This document shows, in pieces, positions 18,301 to 31,337 of a DNA stretch of 64,000 nt. Both the position numbers and the translations under genes were made by a program. The notes below the pieces were generated by a model. The model was not told the origin of the DNA, did not search any database, and saw only the letters and a list, made by a program, of their open reading frames with translations. How positions within the stretch are numbered: position 1 is the stretch's first letter; each line of letters begins with the position of its first letter. The stretch comes from the human T2T-CHM13v2.0 reference genome, Homo sapiens, in assembly GCF_009914755.1 (NCBI RefSeq), contig NC_060925.1. The stretch is one strand, 5' to 3'.

Positions 18301-21247
18301 GAAATTGTGGCTGCTTGAACTGGCCTCTGAGAAACCCTTGAAAGGCCTCTGGGGGCAATGGTGAGGTCCAGCCAACAGCACCCTGGCCTCCCTCCTCCTC
18401 TCCTACCTTCTCTGCCTCTCCTTTCTTCTACCTCCACCTTAATCAAAGCAGCTCCCTTTTCATTTTAGGTATTGGAGTTTTAACTAAAATTTTCTTTAAC
18501 AAAAGGATTTCCACCCTTTTAAAAATCTCTCCACTGAATTGTAAATTCCTTGAAGATAGGAATCATGTATATATTATTCTCCTTTATATCTTTAGCTATA
18601 TACAGTGTCTGTGTACATTGTGAACACTCAATAGAAACTTTTAATTGAAATAAATCAACCCAAACGTGGACTGGAAAGATGGGCTTTGTTCAATTTAGCC
18701 AAATCTTACATAAGATGTATTCCTGAGTGTCCAATCTGGGTCAGGCTCCAGTGAATGGAGAAAGGCTCCTATTGGGAGTGAGATCAGAGGCCTTCTCCTG
18801 CAGCTGGCTCCATAGGAAGCAGTAATAAAAGCATCGCCTTGCTCTTATGTAACCTTTTACTATTTATAAAACACTTTCATATACCTTATCTCAAAAAAGA
18901 GCTCCCAAATATCTTCCCTACTCACAAAGACACAAAGACAAGCAAATATCCCAGAGTTTCAAACATAAGGAGGGTAGGGGAGAGAAGACAGGCCGCATTT
19001 TCAACCAGGACAAAATTCAGCTCCTCTTGCATGGTGAGCAGGGCACCCAAAGGGCCTTGTGATTAAACTCTTCCTTCTCTCCCAAATTCTGACTGATGCT
19101 TAAAATCTCACCAACTGTTATCCCCAACTTGGTGTAACTGAGGCTTTTGTCTCAGCTAAATGCAAATGTGGCTGTTGTGATGGGCACACATTAGTCACCC
19201 TCCATTTACCACATAGTGTGGCAGGATTGGCTCTGTGGAAAGGTCAGTAATGAATGGCAGGGATATTTCTAACTGAGCTGGGGACCTCCAGAGCCACCTT
19301 CCCCTCTGAAGTCTCATAACTGTGCCCTGGTCAAAATCCGCAGACACCACCCCCGCCTCTGAGTTAGACAGGCAGGGGTGACCTAAGATACAGGATGCCC
19401 TTACTTCCTGTCTGTGGCAGCGGGCAACACCCACCACCATCAGTCACCTCCACCCCCACTCCTGGTTTCTGCACCCACATTTTCACTGTTTATCTCTGGA
19501 TAACCCCATCTGACCTAAGAAACTGTGGCAAGTCTGTTTCTTACCTAGAAAATGAATATTTGGAGACATTCAATGGTTAGATACTGTGAAGATTTTTTTT
19601 TTAAGTATATAAAAAGCTTAATTAGCACCCTGGCCAGCACATAATGGGTGTTCAGTATATCTCTGTTTTGAAAATAAATGGCAGAATTCACTCCAGGCTT
19701 CCTGTCTGTCCCACAGACCGAATCATGCTGCTGGACTGGGCTAAGTCACATTTTTGATAAAAAGAGGTAACTTTCTCCAGCCAAGCCTAACAAGCTTTAA
19801 AAGGCCTATGGTTTATAAAATCACCAGTGCCCCTCATCAGCCCTCTCCCCCAGTTTCCCTCACCATCAGGGCTCTCCAGAATTGCTGTTCAGTGATCTCT
19901 TTTCCCTCCTGGGACTGCTCTGATTGTCCCATTTCCTTGGTTCCATGTGGCACACGGTTGAGAAAAGAGGCACCTGTGCGTGTGACTTGTCACATCTTTT
20001 CCCAGCGTTCTGCTCCCATGGATATGGGGCTCAGGAGGCATGGTTGGGAATCAGGAAACTGCTTCCAACCCCATGACAAATGTCACCTATCTGTCCTACC
20101 AATTTGTCAGCATTGAAACTCAAAGTGACACTTTCCTGCCAAATCTAGATAAAGCCATTTCCACTCCAGTCGGAGTGAGTGTACCAGCCAATCTCCCAGA
20201 GGGAAACTAGGGTTCTGGAGAGGATATGGGGTTCAGATTCAGCAAATGTTTTTGGAATGTCCACTCTGTGCCCAGCATTGTGTTGGTTGTGAGTATGTGT
20301 GCTTAGTTTACATTCCAAGCATTCCAAGTTGCATTACACAGATGAGAAAAGCAGGGCTCAGTAAGGCTAATTAACTTGCCCACCTACAGCCAGTGAGTGA
20401 GAATCTCAAGATTTTACAAGATTTTATAGCTCCAAGTTCCAATCCAAGATACTTTCCATTAAGCCCATGGATGTCATTTCAGGTGCAACCTCAGACCACC
20501 TTCTCCAGTATCCTCCTAGAATATTACAGATCACACAGTCTCTCTCCCCTCTGAACACCAAGAGCATGGCCATGTGTCCTTTCCACCTGTGAGTGAGCCT
20601 CACAAAGGACTGGAACCTACCTAGGCTCAAGAGTTGTGCCTTCTTTCATCCACTGATGGAATGCAGGGCACACAGGAAAACAAGAGTGTACTGGGGGCAC
20701 TGAATAGTCTCAAAGCCTTCTCATATATCCTGTTCCCACAACTCTGTAACATAGGACAGGGAAGATTTATTTGCTCTGGGGTGGAGCAGGAGGGTAGAGG
20801 AAGGGAGGGAAGAAATGGAAGGAAGTTAGTGGGCAATTTAGGATTCAGCCCTAAAGGATCAAAGCACTAAGAATCCTGAATTATGGGAAGCATGATAAGG
20901 TCCCTGCTTGGCTAGGAGAATAGAGAGATTAACTTTATTTTTGAACACCTACTGGATGACAGCTAGTGCATTAGTAGGTCATGATGTACATTATCTCATT
21001 TAATGCAATCTCACAATCCCTGCAATCATATTTGTTAATAGACTTCAGTGCACAAAATTGAATTAATCTTTATAATCTTTGATTCATTTCATGCTGTACT
21101 TATTAGTGCATGCTTGGGTCTTAAATATTTATTTGTTCTCTCTTTCAATCATTTATTTTATTGATTTGGTGATTACCCTTGAACCTATACCCAACCCAGG
21201 AATTACACTGATGGTGACTTACATCTATTCATCTGCTTGTTCCCCTC

Positions 21248-21851
21248 CCTTCCCTTACCCAAGCCAACCCCATCCCCAATCATTTCTTTGCTCTCTTTTA
21301 GATTTATTCCATGTATATGGAAACCGTAAAATACATTGCTTATTTTGATTATCTTTAAATTGTAATAAAATAACTTGCCTTTTTCCAATATTATTTTGCT
21401 AAGATTCATCTATATGGTTACTATAGTGTCCCTAGAGTTCATTCATTTCACAGCTTTATGATATTCCACTGTGCACATGTACCACAGTTTATCCTTCTCA
21501 TTCTTCTCATGAGAGCCTTTTGTATGGTCTCCAGTCTTTTGCTATTGCTAACAGTGCTGCTAAGAGCATCCTTGTACATGTTTCCTGGTGTTCACATAAA
21601 AAATGTTTCTGAGATTTACATATTTAGGAGTGGAGTTGCTGGGTCCATTTTATAGATGAGGAAACTGAGGCTGAAAGAAGTTAATGAGACTGTTCAAAAT
21701 CATACAGCTAGTAAATAACCAGAATCAGGATTTGAAACCAGGACAGCTCTAAAGAATAGAAGTTGAGGAAAAAATTGGAGATGGGGGATGTAGGGGGAAA
21801 TTAGAGCGATGAGGAAACTATACAAGCTTGAGAAAAGAATTTCTATTTACT
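21248..21851 (+). repeat. 604-bp direct duplication, copy 1 (L1M and MIR fragments plus unique sequence)
   Basis: Aligns without gaps to 22345-22948; about 22 substitutions by manual count. Confidence 0.95.
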
Positions 21852-21861
21852 AGGGAGGAAA

Positions 21862-22344
21862 TGAGAGAAGAGAGACAGACCTTCTCATATTGTTTTATAT
21901 TGTTTTATACTCAGAAAAAAAAAAAAAGAAAAGCAAAACTAAAAGCAGTTGGCCCGAAGCCTAGGAACCAGACCCGAAACCAGGCCTGGGCCTGCCTGAC
22001 CTAAGCTTGGTAGTTAAAGATTGACCCCTGACCTAACCGGTTATGTTATCTATAGATTCCAGATATTGTATAGAAAAGACATTGTGAAACTTCCTGGTCT
22101 GTTCTGTTTCAGTCTGACCACCGGTGCATGCAGCCCCTGTCACGTACCCTCTGTTGCTCAATCGATCATGACCCTCTTGCGTGGACCCCCTTAGAGTTGT
22201 GAGCCCTTAAAAGGGACAGGAATTGTTCACTCGGGGAGCTCGGCTCTTGAGACAGGAGTCTTGCCTGATGCTCCCGGCCAAATAAACCACTTCCTTCTTT
22301 AACGCGGTGTCTGAGAAGTTTTGTCTGCGGCTCATCCTGCTACA
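21862..22344 (+). mobile_element. HERV-E-family LTR (LTR2B-like)
   Basis: Starts tgagagaagagagacagacc, ends tcctgctaca. LTR2-family core (gtagttaaagattgacccctgacctaaccggttatg; gagcccttaaaagggacagg) and AATAAA at 22281-22286. Confidence 0.85.
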
Positions 22345-22948
22345 CCTTCCCTTACCCAAGCCAACCCCATCCCCAATCATTTCTTTGCTCTCTTTTAGAT
22401 TTATTCCATGTATATGGAAATCTTAAAATATATTGTTTATTTTGATTATATTTAAATTGTAATAAAATAACTTGCCTTTTTCCAATATTATTTTGCTAAG
22501 ATTCATCTATATGGTTACTATAGTGTCCCTAGAGTTCATTCATTTCACAGCTTTATGATATTCCACTGTGCTCATGTACCACAGTTTATCCTTCTCATTC
22601 TTCTCATGAGAGCCCTTTGTATGGTCTCCAGTCTTTTGCTATTGCTAACAGTTCTGCTAAGAGCATTCTTGTACATGTTTTCTGGTGCTCACATAAAAAA
22701 TGTTTCTGAGATTAACATATTTAGGAGTGGAGTTGCTGGGTCCATTTTACAGATGAGGAAACTGAGGCTGAGAGAAGTTAATGAGACTGTTCAAAATCAT
22801 ACAGCTAGTAAATAACCAGAATCAGGATTTGAATCCAGGACTGCTCTAAAGAACAGAAGTTGAGGAAAAAATTGGAGATGGGGGATGTAGGGGGAAATCA
22901 GAGTAATGAGGAAACTATACAAGCTTGAGACAAGAGTTTCTATTTACT
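22345..22948 (+). repeat. 604-bp direct duplication, copy 2
   Basis: Begins immediately after the LTR terminal CA; matches 21248-21851. Confidence 0.95.
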
Positions 22949-25021
22949 GAAGGTTCTGGGCACTTGTATACCTGTTTTCATGTGCCTCGGCCTATGCTGG
23001 GTAAGCCCCAGAGGTTAGGAAAACTCTGGCCCTGGTTCGGAACAAGAACCCTTTAATCTCCAGGACTGAGGGCTTTCTTATGGAAGGGGCAAATCTTTCC
23101 AGGCTTCAGGACAAGCCTGTTCCCAAGACACTTACTCCCTCCCATCAAATAAGGTATTCCCAGGCTCTGCCCCAGTCGGGCCCCACCCTCCCCCATGGTA
23201 CACTGACACAAAGCCTGAGGCTCCCTTGTTGGAGACTTCTGGCCCTCTGGCCTGGGCTGCCCCCAACCCCAACCCATACATCCACTAACCAGGGTGAGGC
23301 CACCCACAGAGCCATTTAATTATCCCTGAGTGCAAGGCCATGCCGCAGGCGCATGAAACAGGAAGGAAAAACAAGACCTGCAGCTGCACTATGATGTCAG
23401 CGATGGGGCAGATGGGCATTCAAATAAAAATTAAAATTACCAGGCAAATATGCCCTTGGCACACCAGCTGTTCGCTGCCCTCAGGCTTACAGGGTTCACC
23501 GATCTGTGTCTATTTACGTCGTGGTAGGGCCTATAAAACCCCTCTTCGGAGTCCCTTCAGGCTCAGGGACAGGAGTCTCACTCTTTCCCAAGGCCACAGA
23601 TCTTCCTTCAGCCTGGCCTTCTTCTGGTGGAATTTACTAAAGATTTTAAGGGAGATAAGGGGAGAGTGTGGATCATAGCTGGAAAAATGACCTAATATTG
23701 AAGCCCTACATATAGAGGGTCAGGATATCATCTTTGCACAGAAGGACAGCCCCGTGTTACCTTGATGCATCATCGCACAGCATGTAGGTATTAATCATGT
23801 ATCCTATAAGTGTCCCGGCCAGGAGGTATCAGATTTGAGTCTTGCCCTCTGAGAGTTTATAGTCTGGGTAAAAAGGGAGAGAATGAACATTAGAGAGGCA
23901 GTGTGGCAACTGTTGGCTCTGATCGGGCCCACAGGGTAGACCGCATGTGTCCTTGTGGAGGACAAAGGAGAGTAGGCTGAAGCCCCAGAATTCCTCCAAA
24001 GTGGCCTGGCCTTACTAATCTCTGCCCGGCCTCCTGCTAGCTGGTCCAGCTCTGCAACAGATGCTGCTTCTGGTGCAAGGAAGTGGGAGCAGGTCTAGGT
24101 GTTACTGAGACAAAAAGGTCAGCAGGCAAGGACAGCTGAGGGGTCCCTATGCATGGAACCTCAGCATGCTGAGAGTTCCCTGTGTATGGGACCTTAGGTG
24201 GGGTGGGCACCCGGGCCACCTTGGAAAACTAATGGCCCAGGCTAGCAAAAACACACCATGCTCGCTCACTACTGTACCTCCAGCCCTGTATTCTAGGGAT
24301 CAGGCTCCTACACTCCTGCTCAGAAAAGGGCTTAGCCTGGACTGGTGAGCAGGTGGCCAGCAGCTGCTCCCTTGACAGAGCAAGTTTGTCTCCATGGCTG
24401 CAGAGCAGGCCCAGATGCTGCCCCTCTGCATGAGGATGTGTCCTCTTGGCTGAAACAAGTCTCTCCACAGAGTCACCTGCAAAGGGCCGTTAGCCAGCGG
24501 GATGAGCGAGGGTCCCATAGCTCCCCTTCTCTTCTGCAAGTCACTTTATCACAGCAACTGCAGCCCCTGAGTCCGGAATGCAAGCCTATTTTCCCTCTGG
24601 TCTTGGATCAGTTCTCACTGGGCCTGCCCCATTTCAACCATGCCATGGCCAAAATGAGGGCCAAAACTGCTTATGAGCACTTGCTCTATATTCATCCCCC
24701 AGAAACCAACTCTCCTTCTCCCCATGTTGCAGGGAGGCGGGAGAGGAAGATTGCCCTGACCCAGCATGCCACTGTCTCCTAGGCTGCTGTGATTTGCATG
24801 TGATTATGATACACACGGTCCCACAACCCCTTCCCAGCTCCTCACCCCCTCCTCACTATTTCCTGGGAGATGCTGCCGATCTAGGCTCTGAGGAGTTGCA
24901 GGTTTCAATCAATCTTGCTTATTGGTAAAAACTGACCTAATAAAGCACTTACTGGAAAATCCTGACAATTTCATTTTTAGAACATACAATTAAAACCATT
25001 TCCCTTAATATCCAGCAAACC

Positions 25022-25323
<302 letters not shown>

Positions 25324-25812
25324 TTAATCTATTCCAGAGCCACTTACAAACTCTACACCTTGAATGAGAACATCCACATCAGTTATGTTTCCAGTATTTC
25401 CCAAAAGTTAAGTCAAAAGTACAATTCTGGTCATCTCAGGATAAATGAGATAAGAGCATGTCGAAAGTACGTGATCAGTTGATTTGGCTCAGGGATTTTG
25501 TGGTTTTTTTTTTTTTAACTCTGCCACCTCAAATATCCAGTTAATCTGCTTGCATTTTGGAGGTTGCAGTGAAAAGCCTATGTGACCAGTGCATCATCCC
25601 TGTTATATTTAGCTCATAGGGCACCTAAGGAGGGCTGCTAATACCCTAGTTGGGGCAGAGCACAATTCTGAATGAAAGCCATTTTGTTTTGTTTCTAGCT
25701 GACAGAGGGCCTCCTTTTCTGCAAGTACACTTACATTCAACCCAACTCCATTGACTCTCTGCTGCTAACTGCTCCACAACATGCTCTGTCCCCCAGGCAA
25801 GATTTAGAGACT

Positions 25813-26116
25813 AGCCAGGTGCAGTGGCTCATGCCTGTAATCCCAGCACTTTGGGAGGCAGAGGCAGGCGGATCATGAGGTCAAGAGATTGAGACAATCC
25901 TGGCCAAAATGGTGAAACCCTGTCTCTACTAAAAATACAAAAATCAGCTGGGTGTGGTGGTGCGCTCCTGTAGTCCCAGCTACTCAAGGGGGCAGAGGCA
26001 GGAGAATTGCTTCAACCTGGGAGGCAGAGGTTGCAGTGAGCCGAGATCGTGCTACTGCACTCCAGCCTGGCGACAGAGTGAGACTCTATCTCATAAAAAA
26101 ATAAATAAATAAAATA
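25813..26116 (+). mobile_element. AluSc-like
   Basis: ggtcaagagattgagacaatcctgg; TSD aagatttagagac. Confidence 0.95.
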
Positions 26117-27184
26117 AAGATTTAGAGACCTAGTGCTGAGATGTCTATAAGCCAGGATATCTCCAATACTCACAGCTTCTAATTTTTGAGCACCTACTCA
26201 ATACCAGGTCCTGCTCCAGATGCTTTGCACATCATCTCTCATCCTTGCAGCAACCTGCCTGGAAATGTGGGTTTTGTAATCCCCCTTTTTCTAGTAAGAA
26301 AACTGAGGCTGTGAGTGGCCAAGTACCATCCCCGGCATCTCACACACACTGAGTAAGCAACAGCATCAGGATTTGAACTCAGGCCTGTCTGCATCCAAAT
26401 CTCACCTCTATTCCCTCATCACATGGCTCTGGGGAGAGCCCCCTGCCACTCATGGTGCCTGTGAGCTGGTATTAGTGTGAGAGGAGATGGGGGCTACTTC
26501 TCTCTCCTTGAGAAGGGCATGCCTGCAGCCTGCGCCCCACTGGTGTGTTCTCCTTTCGGCAGATTCAGGGGATGGAGCAACACTTGTCTTCGGAGTTGTG
26601 GGCAAGACCAGGACTCCGCCTCCCCAGGAAGGATGACATGCTCCGAGGATGTGGGACAAACTCGCATGGCTGCGCCTGTACCCGCTGCCTGGAAACGAAC
26701 AGCTTGGGCGGATAATTGGCTAGTCCAATTTCCAGCGGGCTTTGCAGCATGTCTTTTAGCCACCATTTCCCACCAGGCCTCCAGCTTCTCCAGGAGCTCA
26801 GATTTCTGAGCGAGCAAAAGACAGAGAGAACTGACCCTCCCATTTCTCCTCCTACCTTCATCTGTAGCAGACCAGCATTGGTGTGGACTCATCCATGACA
26901 TCCTATGAGCGATTTAGCTCCAGCACCCCTGACAACACCCTGCCACCCCCATTTCCTTGCCCCCCGGCACCTATGCACCTGCCCCACTCCCATCTCTTCC
27001 CCATATTTCCGTCTAGTCCACAGCACAGTAGAGGTTCAGAGCACCAGCTCTGGATTTCTAAATCCAGGGCTTTAAATCCCAATTCTGCCACGTACACACT
27101 GTACGGCCTTGGGTAGATCACTGAAGTACCTCTCTGTGCTTCGGTTTCCTCACCTGTACATGGGGATTAATAATAGTGTTTATC

Positions 27185-27562
27185 TGTGATGGGCTGAACT
27201 GAGTCCCCCAAATTCCTATGATGAAGCCTAACCCTAGTACCTCAAAATATGTCTGTATCTGGGGATAGGGCTTGTACGAGGCGATTAAGTTAAATGAGGC
27301 CATTAGGATGGGGCTTTAATATGACTGGTGTTCTTATAAGAAGAGGAAGAGACACCAAGGGTTAGAGTACAGAAGAAAGATTGTGAGGACACAGCAAGAA
27401 GGCAGCCATCTGCAAGCCAAAAGGAGAGACCTCAGAAGAAACCAACCCTGCCAGCGCCTTAATCTTGCACTTCTAGCTTCCAGAACTGTGAGACAATAAA
27501 ACTCTTGTTTAAGCCACTCTGTGTGTGATACTTTGTTTTCTTAGCCCGAGCAAACTCATACG
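27185..27562 (+). mobile_element. MLT1 (ERVL-MaLR) LTR inserted in a MIR
   Basis: tgtgatgggctgaactgagtcccc…gacacagcaagaaggcagccatctgcaagcc…cttccagaactgtgagacaataaa. Confidence 0.85.
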
Positions 27563-27585
27563 TTGCCTCATATAATTGTTGCAGG

Positions 27586-27888
27586 GGCTGGGCTTGGTGG
27601 CTCATCCCTGTAATTTCAGCTACTCAGGGGTCTGAGGTGGAAGGAATGCTTGAGCCCAGTTCAAGGCCAGCCTGGGCAACATAGTGAGACACTGTCTCTA
27701 CAAAACAATTTTTTAAATTAGCTGGGTATAGTGGTGCACACCTGCAATCCCAGCTACTTAGGAGGCAGAGGTAGAAGGATTGTTGTGTCCAGGAGTTTGA
27801 GGCTGCAGCAAGCTATGATAGCACCACTGTACTCCAGCCTAGGTGATAGATGAGACCCATCTCTAAAATAATAATAACAGTAATAATA
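27586..27888 (+). mobile_element. AluJ
   Basis: Diverged dimer with J-type gcttgagccc and aggctgcagcaagctatgat. Confidence 0.9.
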
Positions 27889-28143
27889 AACTGTTGCAGG
27901 GACCCAACTAGATGAACCATCTAAATTGCTGGTAAAGTACCTGGCCCCTAAGTGTTTCCTATTAGCATAGCAGCTTCTCATCATGCAGCCATTTACTTTC
28001 TATACCACTCATTTGGTAAGTGCCAAGGCTTATAAAGCATTAAGTCTTTCTAAGAATCAAGTAAGTTCTATGAGAGTCCAGGTTTTAGATTTCTTGCCTC
28101 CACCCCCAATCTACCCAAGTGACTAATCTATAAGAGGTGCTCA

Positions 28144-28511
<368 letters not shown>

Positions 28512-29165
28512 TTAGGAACTAGGGCAGTAAACAAAAGAGACCCAGGGAGTCTGGGTCTGGAATTACAATCTCTCTCTACCTTCAGGGATTTTAGAGTTTA
28601 GTAGGGAAGGGATGTGATGTCGATTCTGTAATATCATTTGCTTTGAGTGTTTTTCTTTTGCATTTATCTGAGAAGCAAGTGAGTTATGAATAAGGTGCTG
28701 GCTTGACTCCCTAGTGATTCCAATATGAGAGAATGATGCCACTTAGCACATACTGTGTGCCTACTAGGTGCCACATTCTTCCTAGCTTAATGTTCATAAT
28801 GACCCCAAGCAGTTGACTCTGTTATTATTTTAGTTTTACAGATGGGAAAACTGAGGCACAGGGAAGTAAATTCCCTAGGATCACACAACTTGTAAGAGTT
28901 AAAGCTGAGATTGAAACCTAATCTGGCATCACAGCCCAAACTACCAGGAACAGCGTGCTCATGTAACCCTAGTCAAAGGCTCTCAGGCTTGTGGCTTTTC
29001 TGTTTCCATGGCTGAGCATCCAGCCAGTGACCCAGGGTGTGGACTGGGATGTCCCTCTGTGCTGTGGAATGAGGCATGAACATGGGAGGCAGCACACATA
29101 GCATGTCCCCACCCTTTCCCTCCAGCTTTACTACCCTTTCTGGATAGGGGACCAGGACAGACTCT

Positions 29166-29528
29166 AAAATGGACTGAATATTTGTGCCCAGACCCCAACA
29201 CTTATATACTGAAACCATGAGCCCAATGGGATGGTATTAAAAAGTGGAGCCTGTGGGAGGTGATGAGGCCATGAGGGTGGAGCCCTTGTGAATGGGATTA
29301 GTGACTTTTATAAGAAACCAGAGAGCTGGGTAGCGTTCCTTCCACCATGTGGGGATATAACAAGAAGTTGACCGTCCACAACCTGGAAGAGAGCCCTCCC
29401 CAGAGCCCGACCGTGCTGGCACTCTGATCTTGGACTTCCAGGCTCCAGAACTGTGAAGAACAATATCTGTTGTTTATAAACCACCAGTCTGTGGCACTTT
29501 GTTACAGCAGTCCAAACAGATTAAGACA
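29166..29528 (+). mobile_element. MLT1A-like LTR (ERVL-MaLR)
   Basis: atggactgaatatttgtgcc…gagggtggagcccttgtgaatgggattag…ttggacttccaggctccagaactgtga…aaacagattaagaca. Confidence 0.85.
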
Positions 29529-31331
29529 GGCCCCAACTAAGAAGCACATCCTCCAGAGGAAGTTATCTCAGTGATCTCTTCTGTCTCTCTCTCTCTCCAT
29601 GGCTTTGTTTGTAGATCCTAGGACCAGAAGGGACTTGGCTTTTGTTTCTGTACATGTGCTGCGTGTTAGTGAGATGCCAGGCTTAGTGCTAAGTGTCTTA
29701 CACGTGTAAGAGCCTCTGTCAAGGCCTAGGAGAGTGATCTCAGATACCAAAGCAGGTTCCAGACCAAGCCAACACTCCAGGGAGGGAGTGGAGAACAAGT
29801 GAGTGGCACTGAGAATCCATCCCTCAGCAAAAGATCAGGGGCTGGAGAGAACTTGTGAAAGTTTTTGGAGAGAACTATTGGTGTGCTGTGAGCCCCAGCC
29901 CCCTGGAAGGACGGGCAGGGTGCCTACGTCTCACCTCACTCCAAGGGAGTGTGGGTTCTGTGGGTCCTTGGAGCCTGACATGTGCCCCCTGATGCTTGAG
30001 GACCCAGGAGATGGGTGTCTATTCCAGCCTGGAAAATAAAAAATGTTAGCAGCGGGCTGGCTGGTGGCTCTGGCTACAGAGCAAGAAGAGCAGCTGCTTT
30101 CTTCTAATTCTAGGGAAAAATAAGATCCAAATGGTCCCAATGGGCCCACTGTGGGCCTCTGGAGAGAAGACTAGCATGAGTTCAACCTAGGACCTGTCCA
30201 AGTGGGCAAGCGGACTGCAGCAGAGAGAAGCTGGGGCACTGTCAGGAAGGACCAGTCCACCCGCCAGAGTGAATCATTCACCCTCACTGGGAGACTGCAG
30301 GGAGCAGATTCCCAAGACACACGGTCTCCAATGAACCAGGAAGGACTCCCCTTTCCCCTCCACAGAGTCCTCCAAGGCTGGAGAGCCCACAGCCTATCTC
30401 AGATGGCATCTACATCAGGCCTGACCCCCCACCCACACCCCTCATCCCTGACCTCTCATCTTTCCCCTTCCACTCTCTCCTGGAGGGGTCAGGAGCCCCA
30501 TGTGGGAATAGGGGTAGAAGGAGTAGAAGAGCAAAGCCAGAAAGACAGAAACCAGCCACACCCCCTCCCAAGTGGCGGACCCCTGTCTGCAGCAGCCCAA
30601 CCTGCCACTACTCCTTGCCCAGTCTACAAAATTGGAATTGAGGGTGATCATTTGCTTTACAAAAGGACTTTTCTTTTAACCCAAAGGATTCATCTTTGAA
30701 GAAATGTCAGCTTTCCTTTAAAGACAGACCTTTTCCAGAGCATTTTCAATTATGTGGATGGTTAAGGTTTTGCATATCTCTGTCTTATCACCCTACTTTA
30801 AGAATGAGCTTTTGTGAGCAGATACAGTGCCTTATTCTCCTTCCATCCCCTCCACAGGACCTGATCACCAGAGGCACTTAAAGATCTGATGACTAATACA
30901 CACTTTTTGGGGACACACTGATTGTATAAAGTGAGGTACAGCCCTAAGCAGTATGAACCCACTGCATTTCCAGATTGCTCCAGCTGAACAAATACAAAAA
31001 CCATCCCCATCCTTTTTTTCTCTCTGCATTTTCAAGCAGTAGGTGGTACTAATAAAAACACTACCTCAAACTGGGCCAGCACTTTACAGTTTCAAAGCCA
31101 CTTTCATAACCCATAGTCACTCTCCACCCCACGCTCATCCCCAAGCCAGGCCAATCCATTTCCACCCACACCCCTGCTTCTCCTGATGGCCAGCCCTGTG
31201 CCAGCCACTGCCAGGTGGGCCCACGTGCCCTCCCTCCAGCGAGTCCATGTGTGATGTGGACAGTTTCTTCATAAAGAGTCAGCTGGGCAGAAATGTGGAC
31301 AGAGAGCAGAGAGCAGCTTGTTCAGGTTCTG

Positions 31332-31337
31332 TTTATT
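31332..31337 (-). terminator. RGS8: Candidate distal RGS8 poly(A) signal AATAAA
   Basis: Plus-strand tttatt, followed on the minus strand by U/C/G-rich sequence. Confidence 0.6.

Noticed and set aside
21458-22815. Twin hydrophobic ORFs (MIFHCAHVPQFILLILL…) resembling a duplicated membrane micropeptide
   Set aside because: They are antisense-L1/MIR-derived text inside the 604-bp duplication, and one copy has an earlier stop.
26919-26939. REST/NRSE-like motif tccagcacccctgacaacacc
   Set aside because: 16/21 match, but the critical GGACAG half-site is broken.
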